This document shows positions 46,980 through 48,900 of a stretch of DNA of 48,900 bases, piece by piece. The position numbers and the translations under genes were made by a program. The stretch comes from Atribacterota bacterium (GTDB lineage Bacteria; Atribacterota; Phoenicimicrobiia; Phoenicimicrobiales; Stramentimicrobiaceae). The DNA is taken from assembly GCA_040767965.1 (NCBI GenBank), contig JAXGNR010000013.1, positions 1 to 48,900 on the forward strand, written 5' to 3'. The notes beneath the pieces were generated by a model. It made no database searches, had not been told where the DNA came from, and worked only from the letters and a program-made list of their open reading frames with translations. Every line of letters starts with the position of its first letter. Positions within the stretch are counted from its first letter, which is position 1.

Positions 46980-48900
46980 AGTACCTCAACCTTTGTCCGA
47001 ATTAGTTTCACCGATTCTAACTCACGCTTTTCCTCAAGGTAGTCATCCCAGTTAATATCCCCATCCTTTTCTACTACCTGCTTAAAGAAACTAAAGGTAG
47101 TTTTCCTAATCAATGGTGAGTTTTTAAAGAATGATTCACCTTCACTTGCAAGCAAATTCATTTTATTCTGTATCGCTTCTTTTGTAGAAGCATAAGTTTC
47201 CTCTTTTGGGTACTCTTCCGTATTTATCTGTGCGGATACGGGAGGTTTCCCCTGTACTCTGCATATCTTATCTATGGTACTTATCAGCAAATTATCATAA
47301 AACTCATTCTTCTTTGTCCTTGCTAGATTCATTACGTTCATTTTATACCCCTCAATAAGCCCTACATACTGCTGCATATCTTCAACACTCTTTTTAAGAA
47401 GTGCCAAAAATTCATCAGGTTTACTCAGCATAACAGGCTCGTTATCTTCAATCTCTTGTTCAAGACCGCCGTTAACAAATAACTCTATTTCCTTAATACA
47501 GTTGCTTAAATTCTTCACCTCGGTATGATTCCTTAATTTTTCTGGTGCATTTGAAAAATAATCAACCCACCTTTTGCTTTCAGGTAATTTCTTATAACAG
47601 TCAATGATAGAAGTAAAATTCTTATAAATAGCCTTATACTCACCTATTATTCCTCTATCATTAGCCCACTTTAATTCATTGTTTTCAATAGGCTCTAATC
47701 CACAGGCATCAAGAATATCTTCAATTCGCTTATATGCTCCACTAAAATCTCCATCTTTTAACTTGTATGCTAATGTATTTATATAGGAAACCATAGTCCC
47801 TGTACCTGATATAGTCATCTTCTCGTAATCTGTTGAGTTCTCCAGTTCATTACAATACTTTTGCAATATATTCGTTATCGGAGAAATAGGGAGCATGAAT
47901 CCGCCATACTCACAATTTTTCTTGATTTCTGCAATTTTATCCGTAATGCTCTTTACTGCTGGGTCCTTTAAGGTATTAATATAGTCTATAAACAATCTTA
48001 TATGCCTTACCCTAAACCACAAAGGCTTCTCCTTATCATCAATTTTAATATCCTTTATGATGTTTGGATTATAGGTTTTGATGTTATTCCATCCATCACT
48101 GTCATATACTTGGTAGCAAACTCCTAAGAATTCCTCAATCTTCGAAATAACATCTCTGAAGTTTTCCATATTCTTATCATCTTTTTCTGATAACTTATCA
48201 ACATTAATGCTATCCTTAATTTTTTCAGCCTCTTGAAGTTGAACTTTATAATAAGGTACTTGATTCTTCTCAAGGACATCCAAATAAGGACCGTTTATAA
48301 CCTTCTTCATGCTGTCAATTTCTTTTTTGCAGTCATCTTCCAGCCATTTTTTAACTACAGAATACTTGCCGTCCAACTCATAATTGGATATTCTCTCAAT
48401 AAAACCGTCCTTGGTTTTTAGCAAAAGATTTAGCCCCATCATAAACTCTATCCACTGCTCTAAAGTGCGTTTCGGCTTTACCTCGTGTATAAGGCTGAAG
48501 AAAAATTTACTGCTGTAATCAGCCATGGATTTGTTGCTGTTTCCATTAAACTTCAGTATTCTGTTCATACAGGCTGGTATATTTATGCTGTATCTATTTT
48601 CATCCTCATGAATGAATAAACCTGTTTCCTTATATCCTTTTCCCTCATTCATTTTCCCTATGGCAGTTGATTTCAAAACGTTCTTTAACTCCGTATATTC
48701 TGCATCTGATAATCTAACATTTTTTTTGCTTCCAAGTTCCTCAAAATCAATGCCGTGGATGAGCATCCGCTTATAGGCCTTTGACAGTAATGCTATTTGT
48801 TTCTCATCATGTTTCTTATAGATGATAGGTCTTAATATCCAGCCTTCCTCATCTAATTTTTCAAACCATTCTCTTGCCTTTAAGTTAAAATGGTCCCTGA
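46976..48900 (-). CDS. Large P-loop ATPase, C-terminal helical part (continuation of 1-2137)
   Basis: The frame stays open from 48900 to the track's Met at 48766 (44 more codons, no RBS) and is in phase with the ORF leaving position 1. Confidence 0.85.
   Translation of the reverse strand, partial: RDHFNLKAREWFEKLDEEGWILRPIIYKKHDEKQIALLSKAYKRMLIHGIDFEELGSKKNVRLSDAEYTELKNVLKSTAIGKMNEGKGYKETGLFIHEDENRYSINIPACMNRILKFNGNSNKSMADYSSKFFFSLIHEVKPKRTLEQWIEFMMGLNLLLKTKDGFIERISNYELDGKYSVVKKWLEDDCKKEIDSMKKVINGPYLDVLEKNQVPYYKVQLQEAEKIKDSINVDKLSEKDDKNMENFRDVISKIEEFLGVCYQVYDSDGWNNIKTYNPNIIKDIKIDDKEKPLWFRVRHIRLFIDYINTLKDPAVKSITDKIAEIKKNCEYGGFMLPISPITNILQKYCNELENSTDYEKMTISGTGTMVSYINTLAYKLKDGDFSGAYKRIEDILDACGLEPIENNELKWANDRGIIGEYKAIYKNFTSIIDCYKKLPESKRWVDYFSNAPEKLRNHTEVKNLSNCIKEIELFVNGGLEQEIEDNEPVMLSKPDEFLALLKKSVEDMQQYVGLIEGYKMNVMNLARTKKNEFYDNLLISTIDKICRVQGKPPVSAQINTEEYPKEETYASTKEAIQNKMNLLASEGESFFKNSPLIRKTTFSFFKQVVEKDGDINWDDYLEEKRELESVKLIRTKVEVL

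Noticed and set aside
46976-48766. Stand-alone 596 aa protein as given in the track
   Set aside because: The frame is open to the window end with no RBS; it is the C-terminus of the junction-spanning ATPase.

Overview
This is an AT-rich sequence from a spore-forming Bacillota (clostridial-type) host, and the window appears to be a complete circular replicon of about 48.9 kb. A minus-strand P-loop ATPase ORF starting at 2137 runs off position 1 and continues in frame at 48900 down to 46976 (about 1353 aa); the ORF track shows only its last 596 aa. Joined across that junction, 9463->1/48900->41228 is one tightly packed operon of about 17 kb and 13 genes that resembles a defence system but matches none I recognise. 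It encodes two HsdS-like specificity subunits, DUF2188, a small protein, an N6-adenine methyltransferase with an apparently dead N-terminal nuclease domain, two unknown ~350 aa proteins, the giant ATPase, an unknown 267 aa protein, a degenerate NurA, HerA, a PD-(D/E)xK-like protein and a Ser/Thr kinase-TPR protein; HsdR and PglZ are absent. An HNH nuclease precedes it, and TIR/SEFIR, ADP-ribosylglycohydrolase and deoxyinosine glycosylase genes follow it. The backbone has a CHC2/TOPRIM primase with an SSB-like DIPF tail, a frameshifted ParM with a ParR-like gene, a DndB/DGQHR protein, sporulation-related genes (GGDEF-Spo0E-like fusion, SpoVS-like) and an XRE/ImmA/PIN triad. A co-oriented accessory array with gene fragments occupies 23.6-33 kb. 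Non-coding DNA holds 20-bp tandem repeats, nested inverted repeats, a ~102-bp dispersed direct repeat, a ~54-bp promoter-like array and many heptamer tracts. I saw no Rep initiator, relaxase, T4SS, integrase, tRNA/rRNA or CRISPR array. All family calls come from reading motifs by eye, not from database searches.
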